DNA of 64,000 nt from Dendrobates tinctorius (Eukaryota): positions 68,448,001-68,512,000 of the forward strand of contig NW_027361696.1 of assembly GCF_039654945.1 (NCBI RefSeq). Direction: 5' to 3'. A program made the translations under genes and the position numbers. Below are positions 1 to 10,128 of the stretch, one piece after another. The notes below the pieces were generated by a model. The model had not been told where the DNA came from, searched no databases, and saw only the letters and a program-made list of their open reading frames with translations. Every line of letters starts with the position of its first letter. The stretch's first letter is position 1.

Positions 1-236
1 CCCTCTTGTCTCCACCCCCCAAGTCCCATAAGTCTGGCTTGCTTAAAGAGACAGATCTAATCATTATACATTACATCATCCCCTTTTTTTTTTTTTTTTT
101 TACTATAAATAACCTATATTACTGATAAATGCAACAACATGAAAACGTCCAAAGAAATCATATGTACGTTTTGTCTTATTTGTTCAATTCCAAAACCAGA
201 GAAACAAACAAAAAAACAAAACAAACAAAACTGTAG

Positions 237-1586
237 TTACACTTCTTCAATGAGCCTCGATGGAGCTCTTCTCTCTCGTGTGGGATAACGTCTGGGCTCA
301 TTGAGAGGGTTCATTGTTGATGGACCAGCTACCTCTTGTTGGTCCTCTCCACCATCGGATACCAAATCTTCCACCAAAGAGAGTTCATTGTCATCATTCT
401 GCGGTATGACTTTAAAATATGAAGAATTTCGCGTTATGGAGTGTCCATCTCGTTCAGCTGTGATCATGCTGCCTTTCCTTTTAGTAACATAATATTTTGC
501 AGGACCATATACAGGTGAGGTCTTGTTGGTTGGTCTTTGACGTACCACCACGACATCCCCTCTTTCGATGGCACTTGACTGTGTCCTTCGCCTTCTGTCT
601 GCATAACGTTTCATGGCTTGTTTGTTGGAGAAATCTGTGGATCTCACTGAGGAGTCACTCGGTCGCGGATGGCTGGTCACATCAGGGAGACGTATACGCA
701 GGGTTCTGCTGAACATTAAATGAGCTGGAGCAGCATTAGTAGTGGAGTGTGGCGTATTGCGGTAATTACGCATGAATTTGTATAATGACTGTTTCAGTGG
801 GATGTGCTCCAGACTCGCTGCCTTGATACGTTTCCCCAGAGTGCGCATAAAACGTTCCACAATTCCATTGGCTTGCGGCCAGCAAGGTGTGATTTTCCTG
901 TGATTGAATCCCAAGTAGTCAGAAAATTGTGTAAACACATGTCCATTGAATGGAGGTCTATTGTCTGTTTTGACCACTCTTGGAATACCATATGCCGAGA
1001 AAATGTCGTCCAGCTCTGGTATGACATTATTAGCAGATGTTGAAGAGATAAATGAAATGACAGGGTATCGAGAATATTCATCAATTGTTACGAGAATGTA
1101 TTGGCCATTTGGCAATGGTCCATATATATCGACTGCCACTTCCTCCCAGACAGCAGTGGGTAACGGAGACATTTGTAATGGCTCTAAGTTTGATGATGGA
1201 GTGATTAATTGACAAGTAGAACAGCGTCTAATCTTTTCTTCCACCAAGTGATCCATATTTGGGAACCACACTTTTTCTCTGAGTAACTTCTTTGTGATAA
1301 CAATTCCTAAATGACCTTCATGTGCTATCTGTATGACTAAGTTACGCAAAGCCTTAGGTACAACTAGTTTGGTACCTCGAAGAATGAGGTGTTCTTCTGT
1401 GACTGATAATTCCTCACGTACGTTTGAGAATAGTTTTAACTCTTTCAGATCAATCTCAGAATCAGGAAATTTTTCCTTTTGAATTTCATGCCACCTTCGA
1501 TTTTGAATGATTTGTATTAGGGCACAGAGTGTCTTGTCTTTTGTTGTTTCATTTATAAATTGATCAAGAGAAAGTGCTTTTGGCAC
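237..1586 (-). CDS. Gypsy integrase (separated from RT/RNase H by a frameshift)
   Basis: HEGH...C..C zinc finger, DDE core (VAVDIYGP, KTDN, NGIVERF), GPY/F-like C-terminus. Confidence 0.9.
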   Translation of the reverse strand: MPKALSLDQFINETTKDKTLCALIQIIQNRRWHEIQKEKFPDSEIDLKELKLFSNVREELSVTEEHLILRGTKLVVPKALRNLVIQIAHEGHLGIVITKKLLREKVWFPNMDHLVEEKIRRCSTCQLITPSSNLEPLQMSPLPTAVWEEVAVDIYGPLPNGQYILVTIDEYSRYPVISFISSTSANNVIPELDDIFSAYGIPRVVKTDNRPPFNGHVFTQFSDYLGFNHRKITPCWPQANGIVERFMRTLGKRIKAASLEHIPLKQSLYKFMRNYRNTPHSTTNAAPAHLMFSRTLRIRLPDVTSHPRPSDSSVRSTDFSNKQAMKRYADRRRRTQSSAIERGDVVVVRQRPTNKTSPVYGPAKYYVTKRKGSMITAERDGHSITRNSSYFKVIPQNDDNELSLVEDLVSDGGEDQQEVAGPSTMNPLNEPRRYPTRERRAPSRLIEEV

Positions 1587-4184
1587 GGCATGATCTGAAC
1601 AAAACGTAGGTATTCTTCAATGGAGGAATGCATAGGTATATCATCATTAGTAGGGTGTCTTGAAAGATAATCAGCCGGATTGCTGTATTTTCCAGGTTTG
1701 TGAACAATTTTATAGTTGTAGTCCTGTAGACGTAGGCCCCATCGTTCAATTCGTGCAGGCATTTTAGCTCTGGGATTTCCAAAAATTGTAAGAAGTGCTT
1801 GATGATCTGTGACAATGGTGAAGGGAGCTCCATAGAGAAATAAGTGAAAGTGTTCACATCCCCAGACAACTGCCAAGCTTTCCTTTTCAGGTTGAGAATA
1901 TTTTCTTTCAGTGTTTGTTAAGCTCTTACTTGCATAAGAAATGATGTGAGGATTTTGATTGTTATCCTTGTACTGCGCTAGAATAGCACCCAGTCCCACG
2001 GGACTGGCGTCCACAATCAGTTCAGTTCGAAGAGCTGGATCAAAATAAGCCATAGTGGTTGTCGAGCAGAGTTCATTTTTAATTGTTTCAAAAGAGGCCT
2101 GACAGTCTTGAGACCATTGAAAAATACAACTTTGTTTTGTAAGTTCCCGTAGTGGATTGCTGATTGTTGAAAAATTCGGAATATATCTAGCACAGTAACT
2201 TGCCATTTCAAGGAAAGAACGCACTTCACTGGCATCCTGTGGAATTGAGGCTGTTCTGATAGCTTCCACTTTCTTGGGGTCTGGTTGTACTCCTTTTGCC
2301 GAGAAGATGTGACCATAGAATTCTAATGAACCCTTGTCAAACTCGCACTTCTCTTTGTTTAAAGTGAGTCCATTAGAAAGCAGGCATTCGAAGATAGCAT
2401 ATAGAGCATGATTATGCTCAGCTTGAGTTTTACCAAAAACCAATATGTCATCACTGTAATTAAAGGCATTTGGGATGTGTTGAATGACACTCCTTATTGC
2501 ATCCTGAAAAATTTCTGCTGCTGAGCAGACTCCAAAAGTCAATCTTTTGTATCTTCTGAGGCCCACATGGGTGGAAAATGTGGTCAAGTATCGGGACTCT
2601 GGACTCAGTTCTAATTGATGATATCCCTTATTGAGGTCGAGCTTTGAAAAGACGGTGGCTCCATTTAATAAATGAATGTCATCAATCGTAGGTGAGATAT
2701 GTCTTTCCCTCTGGATAGCGGTGTTGGGCAGGCGCATGTCAACACACAGTCTCACTTGATCAGGAGTCTTTGGTTTTGGAACTACCACAAGTGGAGAGAC
2801 CCACGGAGTGGGACCAGTAACAGTTTCAATAACGTCCTCATCCATGAGCAATTGGAGTTCCTTTTCTACCTTCTGTCTCAGGTGAAATGGAATACGCCTG
2901 TGAGGCTGGGCTACTGGACGAACATTGTCATCCACATGAAGGTGTACTTGAGAGTCCTTTAGTTTTCCCAAACCACTAAATAGGGAGGGAAAGCTGTTCA
3001 CCATAGTTTGTACATCCATATCCGCAGGGTCAGTTATGGTATGAATAATCTGGATGAGCCCTAGCTCCAAGGCAGTGTGATAGCTGAGAAGACAGCCTCC
3101 CGATCCTTGTAATGTGTGGAAAGTGGTTTTCTGCCTGTTTTCTTTATATCTAATTTCAGCATCAAATTGTCCCATTATAGCTAGAGGTGTTTTAGATCCA
3201 TAAGGAAAGATTTTAGTCTGCACTTGTTGTAAGACTGGCCTTGTTTTCAATTGTTCATATGTAGTGCCATCTATGATATCCACTGAAGCTCCTGTATCTA
3301 TTGTAAAGGTAATGTCAGTGTTGCAGATTGAGAGTGTAACACAGGGAGACTGTACTGAACCAGTGACAGAGGTAGTGAACACATAGTTCTCAGTCGCAGA
3401 CATTTCTTCTGTGTACTGATTTATCACTTTTACATCTGCAGATTTTGTCATAGGCAGCGGAGGCTTGTAGTGCGCTGACTTGCAAACAGCTGCAAAATGA
3501 TTCCATTTTCCACATTTACTGCAGGTTTGTCCCATAGCTGGACATTTGTTCTGGTGGTGAGGGAAATCCTGTCCACATCTATAACATTTCTTCTGTTTCT
3601 GGGCTTGTTTGTCTGGTAAATTTTTCTGTTTGAGATTATGCACATGTAATTTATCCCCATTCTCCGTTACGGTAGCCTGATGATCTGCTATTTCTATAGC
3701 ACGGGCCATTTTGAGAAAATTATGTAGAGAGATATCCTGCTGCAGAGCCTTACGCCTTAGGTTATTAGACGAGCAGGTGACAATTATTTGAGTTAGGATT
3801 TCATCATCTACATCTGTAAAGGCACATCCATGTGCTAACTCTTTCAGCCGTGTGACATAAGTGTCTATGGACTCTTCTGGAAGCTGCTTGGCAATCCTGA
3901 ATTTATATCTTTCATATCTGATGTTCTGTTTGGGGTTGAAGTAGCCAGTGAGAGCTTTAGTGCAGTTGCTGTATGTGTCTGTTTCTGCTGCAGGTAACGT
4001 ACTGTATATGTCATAGACTCCTGTGCCTGCACTGCAGGAGCAAAGCTCTCTTTCTTTTCTCCTCCTTTATGTCCATGGCTTCTAGGAAATTCTCAAATCT
4101 GTTTAGCCAATTTCTCCAGTTATGGGAGAGATTAATGACATCAGTCATATCAAACTGTGGGAATGTGTGCAAGTAGTCAGCCAT
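1553..4184 (-). pseudogene. Gypsy gag-protease-RT-RNase H, frameshifted near 4020
   Basis: ORF 4011-4241 gives the gag N-terminus (WRNWLNRFENFLEA). ORF 1553-3709 has CYRCG/CSKCG knuckles, IDTGAS, LDLNKGYHQ, YSDD and DASPVGLG. Confidence 0.9.
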
Positions 4185-4257
4185 GATAGAGTCTCTCAGT
4201 GGTGCTGGCGTGTGAAGCAGTAAAATAGGGTCCGTACTCACAGCAGTAGGTGATTAT

Positions 4258-4275
4258 ATCCCATCCTCGTCGCCA
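4258..4275 (-). promoter_or_regulatory. Primer-binding site complementary to the 3' end of tRNA-Ser(GCU)
   Basis: Plus strand ATCCCATCCTCGTCGCCA matches the recalled 3' 18 nt of vertebrate tRNA-Ser-GCT plus CCA; 2 nt from the LTR. Confidence 0.8.
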
Positions 4276-4277
4276 GT

Positions 4278-4485
4278 TGTAATCTCCACACGTTATGAAG
4301 AATTCAAGGTATTAAACTTTAGATATGTTTTATTCTTCGTCCTCCAGCACACAGCATAACAGTTGCATTCCCTTGCTACACAGAAGTCAAACTGAAACTT
4401 CGCTTCTCATCCCTCTTGTCTCCACCCCCCAAGTCCCATAAGTCTGGCTTGCTTAAAGAGACAGATCTAATCATTATACATTACA
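4278..4485 (-). repeat. 5' LTR of the Gypsy element (208 bp)
   Basis: TG...CA inverted termini; 4411-4485 is identical to 1-75; adjacent to the PBS. Confidence 0.92.
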
Positions 4486-4944
4486 CTAACAGGCTCAGTG
4501 TTTTTGTATGTTTATGTTGCGGCGCCTGTGTGTGAACAGGGCCCGCTTTGCGCACTTCGGGTGAAGTCTAACCCGTGCGCATTATACCGCCACATTGCTT
4601 GTCTGTCATTACCTAGCAGTGGTGTAACATCTGCACGGTGGACCCCGAGCGGCGAACACACTTTATTTTTATTTAGTGCGTTCCGCCGTTCCTAACAAAT
4701 GTGCCTGCGCCGGAGCCATTTCAGGACGGGAGAAGAGGACTTCATCGCAGGAAGAAGGGAGGCACTTGACTGCAACACCCATCAGACCGGACCGCCCACA
4801 TCGGCGAGTATAAATAACGTGTCTTTCTTCTCTTTCAGGTTACATCGGGGGCTTATCTACAGCATTACAGAATGCTGTAGATAAGCCCCCGATGTCTATG
4901 CCGGCAGCAAATAGGGGAAAAAAAGGGTGACAGATTCCCTTTAA
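4486..4944. mobile_element. Kolobok/T2-type MITE, right part (apparent target of the Gypsy insertion)
   Basis: Ends GTGACAGATTCCCT-TTAA; contains a perfect 25-bp hairpin at 4842-4895. Confidence 0.5.
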
Positions 4945-4956
4945 CTTTTTTTTTAC

Positions 4957-5060
4957 CTAGTGTCAGCCTCCTGTGACAGCAGTATACACCCATGGTTTCC
5001 TGTGTCCTCCCACTGAAGGCTCTGAGAAAAATTTTATGGTGAGTACCCAAAAATCATCTT
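4957..5060 (+). mobile_element. DIRS right-terminus remnant
   Basis: Similar to the right end of the DIRS element at ~15404-15509 (agtgtcagcctcct...acacccatggt...ccaaaaatc). Confidence 0.7.
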
Positions 5061-5088
5061 GCTCGTTTGGTGATCGGCAGCCGGTTGC

Positions 5089-6238
5089 GGCTGCACGATT
5101 ATTGGGAGATAAGCTAATTATGCAAATTGTCTCTTCAGAGAGGAAGAGGACTAGAACTCTAGTGCCATCTATTGGAAGTAGCAATCCTAAAAGTCAATGT
5201 CAACCTTTTAACAAGCCTTGTTACATGACTTAGGATAAAAGCGAAGCCAGAATCTCAATTTGCAGACACTGTGTTTCGGGGTACTGTTATGAATGGGAAA
5301 CCGAGGAGGAAAAACAAGACAACAAGCTAAGTCTTGGTAACTATGCAGATTGCAGATCCCTGATCTTAACCGCACAACTAGAAGCAGTCGTGGAGCGTTC
5401 CTACATTGGTCCTAGACGCCTCGTCACAACCGGAGAACTACATAAGCCTAAAGCAGGAGAAGAGGAAAACTAACTGCCCCAGAGCAGACCCCAAAGGAAA
5501 GACAGCCCCCCCACATGTATTGACGGTGAAGCAAGATGAAAATACAAACAAAGGCAGGAAAATAGGCTGAGCAAACGATGGGGCCCGGCTAACTAAAAAG
5601 GACAGAAAAGGAAAGACACTGTCTGCAATCTGCCAAAAACAACCTACAAAAATATTATCCAACACTTCTGATAGCAAAATTAACCCTGAAGTCACTAGAC
5701 TTCTAAACCTATATCAGCACTCTGAAATATTCTGAGACAGAGCAAAAAAGAGGCCAATCTAATAAGGAACAAAAAGCAGATTGGCAAATACTGATTAATA
5801 GGAGTGGAAATTCAGCATAGCCCCAGCAGGGGCAAGCTGATTACACAAAAAACTGAATTGACCAACAAGCGCAAGTGTGAACATTAGCAAAAAACAAACT
5901 TAACTTGAGAAGACTGGAAGAGAGTCCAGGACTTGAGAAGCAGACTGAATCACCAGCACCCGGATAGGGCATCGGCTGTCTTATATCCAGTCTGATACTC
6001 CAGAGATCCAATCGTTATCTTCCTCATCAGGTGGCAGATCACTACCACTTAAACCAACAGCACTACCTCCTGTCACCACCAGAGGGAGAACGGAAGGGGA
6101 ACTCTCAACTGGTGGAACAGAAAATGAGTTCATGACAGGGTACTGCCCCTCGTCAGTGCAAAGTGTAAGATCTGGTTTGGCTGTGAGAGATGTGTCTGAC
6201 CGATATCCAAGAAGTATCATTTCTCCTTGCAGAGAATT
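5089..6238 (-). mobile_element. Hammerhead-ribozyme repeat (326-bp retrozyme family), interrupted by a solo LTR
   Basis: 5089-5284 plus 6144-6238 align with 43768-44058. Rejoined minus strand reads CTGACGA-GGGG-cagta-CCCC-GAAACAC-A-GTGTC. Confidence 0.85.
5285..6137. mobile_element. Solo LTR (853 bp)
   Basis: Termini TGTTATGAA...TTCATGACA; 6-bp TSD GGGTAC at 5279-5284 and 6138-6143; the host repeat resumes exactly after it. Confidence 0.85.
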
Positions 6239-6652
6239 GGGAGATAAGTAACATTAGTAACGGGGACAGGGTTACATGGTAAAGAATAGCTTAATATGTG
6301 GACTTACTTTGATTGAATGGGGTAACAATCAGGGGGCATCTGCAAAGTCGTATATCATTTAAGTTCCCATTTGGCTTCATAGCCTTATGTAATAGGGTTA
6401 GCCTAAAGCAGACAACCCCTTTGTAATCACACTGGTCATGTTGGTCTGTCCAACAGCTCTTTCCCAGCCCTTCCATACACATGCACACTCGGCTCCAGCC
6501 GTCCATTTCATGTATTTAGTTATCATATTAATCGGCCAGTGACATATGACTTTTGTGCCATGACTTTCCTTGCTTTTCAGACCATTGAGTGCTGTGCCGA
6601 ATCACTGAGACAAGTCTATAAGAATGAGGTAGTGACATGTAAAGCACTTTAA

Positions 6653-6658
6653 TTTATT
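6653..6658 (-). terminator. lhb: Polyadenylation signal of lhb
   Basis: AATAAA (plus an overlapping ATTAAA) ~125 nt after the stop codon. Confidence 0.65.
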
Positions 6659-6780
6659 GGGATGGTATACATGTTACATGCATACAATCAATAGGTCCGC
6701 TACCTATACATTTATGGTGATAGGTTTCATTAGGATTTTGTGATTTTGCTAGTACCGATTCTATCGCTTTGACTGTAGCG

Positions 6781-7011
6781 TTATATTTCTAGGCGGCTCT
6801 TCATGCAGACATCGGGCTCGCTGCTCTCCACGGTGCAGTCACTGTAGTCCATCTTGCAGTGGTCACAGGCACAGCTCAGTGCCACAGGGTAGGTGAAGAA
6901 GGGGTCTGTGCCAGGTAAGCAGCCTGGGAGTTTAATGGTGTCATAGCGGATTTCTTTATAAGTGCAGATTTGTTGTCTAATGTCTGAAAGTGCAGTTTTG
7001 AGCGACAGATC
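6781..7011 (-). CDS. lhb: Luteinizing hormone beta subunit, last exon
   Basis: Acceptor ttctaacag|GAT. Translates DLSLKTALSDIRQQICTYKEIRYDTIKLPGCLPGTDPFFTYPVALSCACDHCKMDYSDCTVESSEPDVCMKSRLEI*, a cystine-knot beta subunit closely resembling anuran LH-beta. Confidence 0.97.
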   Translation of the reverse strand, partial: DLSLKTALSDIRQQICTYKEIRYDTIKLPGCLPGTDPFFTYPVALSCACDHCKMDYSDCTVESSEPDVCMKSRLEI

Positions 7012-8118
7012 CTGTTAGAAATAATAGAGATACTTTAGAAAACAGTGATTTTTTTTAATTTCTGTTGAACAGGTCTAGAAATGAATCAAATTATCTTGAT
7101 ACACTTCAACGGGAATTATGGTAACAAGTGAACAAAGTTTACTCCTGCGGATGGGAAGGTACCTTTAGGATTGAACTTGTATGCAAAGTTAATGTGTTTT
7201 TGGAGCCAAAGATGGAATTGGATCCAAAAAGGAATGAAGAATATAAAGAAAAGACTTTATCAACTCTTGATTTTGGCTCAAAAACTCAAATTCTGATTAC
7301 AGATTATAGAGAACCTCTCCGCTTCCCAAGCCTCCACAACCTGCCACCATGTCTTTATTTATCCCTTTATGTACTTCCTAACAGGCTTCTTTTTGTGGTT
7401 CATAGATTTTTGAATGTCCATAAGATCAATTATATAACCGCATCAGTGATATACTAATTAGGGGGTGACTCGTTCTGCGGGACGTTGCTTTCCCTGGACT
7501 AATCTCGCTAATCATGTTATCACATCCCTGAGTGACATGATTGGCAAAAACTGCATAACCGCTAGCTGTTTGCAAATTTCTGCCTCCCTGAAAATGCGCA
7601 GTGAAGTTGGGGTACATGCATGTTCATCAGTGCACTACGTTTTCCCAAGAGGCCAGCAGCAAGGTTTGTAAAGAGCCGGCAGTAATGGCTGCCTTAGTCC
7701 AGTATTACCGTTGCCTCTGGCTTCACTGCGAGGCCAGGGAGGCAGAGATCTGCAAACAGTTGGCAGTGACGCTGCTCTTGCAAATCCTGTCTCTCAAGCC
7801 CACAGAGCCACAAGTTTATGGTTTTTCAAAGAGAAAAGCAGAGAAAGCCACTGCCAAACAGCTCTGGCAGAAGCTTATTTCCTGAAGAACAAAAGGCTCT
7901 GGAATTAAAATTAAAACTGTGGACCCTTATTTTCCTCAACTGATGAGAGTTGGGCGGCTATTCATACATATTAGATCACCGGCGGGTTTGGCCCACTTTA
8001 GTGCTTAAGGGGGTCTTTATATTAAATGTGGCTCCAACCATGATATGTCTTTGGCTTTGTACTCAAAGATGCAAGAACGGGCTTAATTTGTGCCATCAAT
8101 GCAAAATACAAATCTTAC

Positions 8119-8286
8119 CGTTGTGCTACAGTAACCACTGCAGATGGTGGTGGTGAAGGCGATGCACACTGGACAGTGATCCTTCTCAGCAGATATGGTA
8201 GCGTTAGTAAGATGACATAGCCGACGTCCTTGCACAGCAGACAAGTAAACAACCAGAATGTAGGATATCAGATGAGACGTGAACAT
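8119..8286 (-). CDS. lhb: Luteinizing hormone beta subunit, exon 2 (signal peptide and N-terminus)
   Basis: MFTSHLISYILVVYLSAVQG|RRLCHLTNATISAEKDHCPVCIAFTTTICSGYCSTT. Acceptor cag|G at 8287, donor ACG|gtaag, phase 0. Spliced product 132 aa, mature 112 aa, 12 Cys, one N-A-T sequon. Confidence 0.97.
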
Positions 8287-10128
8287 CCTGGGTTCAAAAA
8301 GGCAAAATTATACAGGTGTAGCTGGAATCATATATGCAGTTATTAGGGAAAATTATCAGAGGAATTATCCATCATCTGGCACTCCCTATATTGAATATAA
8401 ACAATATATGGAGCAGCGCATCTCCATGCATTGTTTAGTGACTGCTACTGGGGTCCTACATCTTGACCCTATTCATCATTTTTTATCCATTTTTTTCTGG
8501 AGTAATTTTCTCTCTTTTTAGTGGCTTTAGATAGTGTTCTGTTCACATTTTGCACCACTTTTAAGTTGTCTTTACTTTTTAAGTCTGTTTTTATTTTTTC
8601 AAATGATTTATAAATATTTATGAAATGAGACTTTTACCAAATTGAAGACAATAATAAAACGGATATCAAAGTTATATGCCAACGTCACTGTTGTGTCCTA
8701 CTGTCTCCGATAAGCCCAATGTACCAAGAACACCCCATGATTCAAATCAACAACAAAGAAACAGGGAGTAACAGTCCTTTTCAAAGGTTACAAAATTTAT
8801 TCAGAAAAATAAGAAAATATATGGACAGTAAAAACCACGTACATTACATATGAAGGCAAGGATTTCAAAAAAGGAGGCCTCATTGGGAGCAAATAACTAA
8901 CTCATCTTAAAAATGTGAAGTAGACATGGGGGGCTGAATACTAAAAGATATTCCTCCAAATAGTACCAATACTGCTGCTTCTAAAGTGCAAGTGCGCTAA
9001 TGTTACATAGATCATCAAAGAATGCAGAGAGGTATTTCTGGTAAAAACATAACTCGTCATAATAACTCACATAAAGTGAAGTGAAACATATAAAGTAACC
9101 AAACAATTACCCCAGCAGCTAACCATAATACATATGGTGATTGTGTTTCGTTCATACAGCATCCTTACCCATGTAGTGCTACTTAGATTGGGGTTCTGTT
9201 CTTACCGCCAGGTATGCACACAGCACTTTAATAATAATTGATTGTCATATTTGCCACTCCTGGGCTATCTCCCTAGCGGTTATAGGTATAACTATTTGTG
9301 AACTGACTGAACCTAATGTGTAAATATTGCCTTGTACACTTACCTCGGACTCCTCTATAATACTCATCATTTTATTACTGGGGGGATATACCGTACTAGA
9401 GGCTGTATTTTGTCTACATACCCCCTTTTTCTGTAGGAGTTGTGGGTTGCTATATGGCATACATGTTTCAGTGCACTTACGCTAGAGGAGTTTCTTTATC
9501 GCCTTATTGGGGGACACAGATTACCATGGGTGTATGCTGCTGCTGCTAGGAGGCTGACACTATGCAAAAACAAGAAAATTGGCTCCTCCCCGGCAGTATA
9601 CACCCACCGACAGATACCAAGTACCTCAGTTTGTGCTTAGTGTCTGTAGGAGGTGGACTGGGATCTTCTCAGATCCGCAGTTAATAATTCCTTTCTTTCC
9701 TTACGTGTTTGTCGAACTTTTTAATCCTTTCTCGCTTATTTTTCAGGTTCTCCGTCGGGAAACAGGGTGTAGTTATCACCCTGATTTCCCATATCAGGTG
9801 GCTGAGCGAGCAGTGTGGTGTCATCCACATCGCAACTCAGTACCGCAGGCAAGACTTTTCCCCTATCACCATTCGGTGCTATGGGCTGATGACGGGTGGT
9901 CCTTGTCAAAGCAACTCCTCTCCCGGGACAGGGCTGAGAGGAAGACGGCGGCAGCCAGTGGGCTCTCTTTCGCTCCCAGCAAGAAAACGCCGTCTTCTGC
10001 ATGACAAAGGGTAAGAGGACCTCTCCCAGCGGCCTGACTGCTCGCATGGCCCCTGCGGTCATCCTCTTCAGGGACGTCAGGTAAGAGTCTGATCGTTCCC
10101 TTCAGCCCTGCATTTCTCTGAGCACCAT

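Larger units (their letters stand above)
1..4485 (-). mobile_element. Ty3/Gypsy LTR retrotransposon (Mag-like), 3' LTR cut off by the window edge
   Basis: 5' LTR 4278-4485 (TGTAA...TTACA); its last 75 nt are identical to 1-75. PBS at 4258-4275, polypurine tract at 76-~102. Domain order gag (Cys/His knuckles)-PR(DTGAS)-RT(YSDD)-RNaseH-IN. Confidence 0.95.

Noticed and set aside
4842-4895. Perfect 25-bp hairpin as a miRNA or terminator
   Set aside because: Best explained as the internal palindrome of a MITE; no independent evidence for an RNA gene.
6781-8286. Alternative identity as fshb, tshb or cgb
   Set aside because: Single N-glycan site, 112-aa mature length, KDHCPVC and KMDYSDCTVESSEPDVC fit anuran LH-beta; no C-terminal extension.
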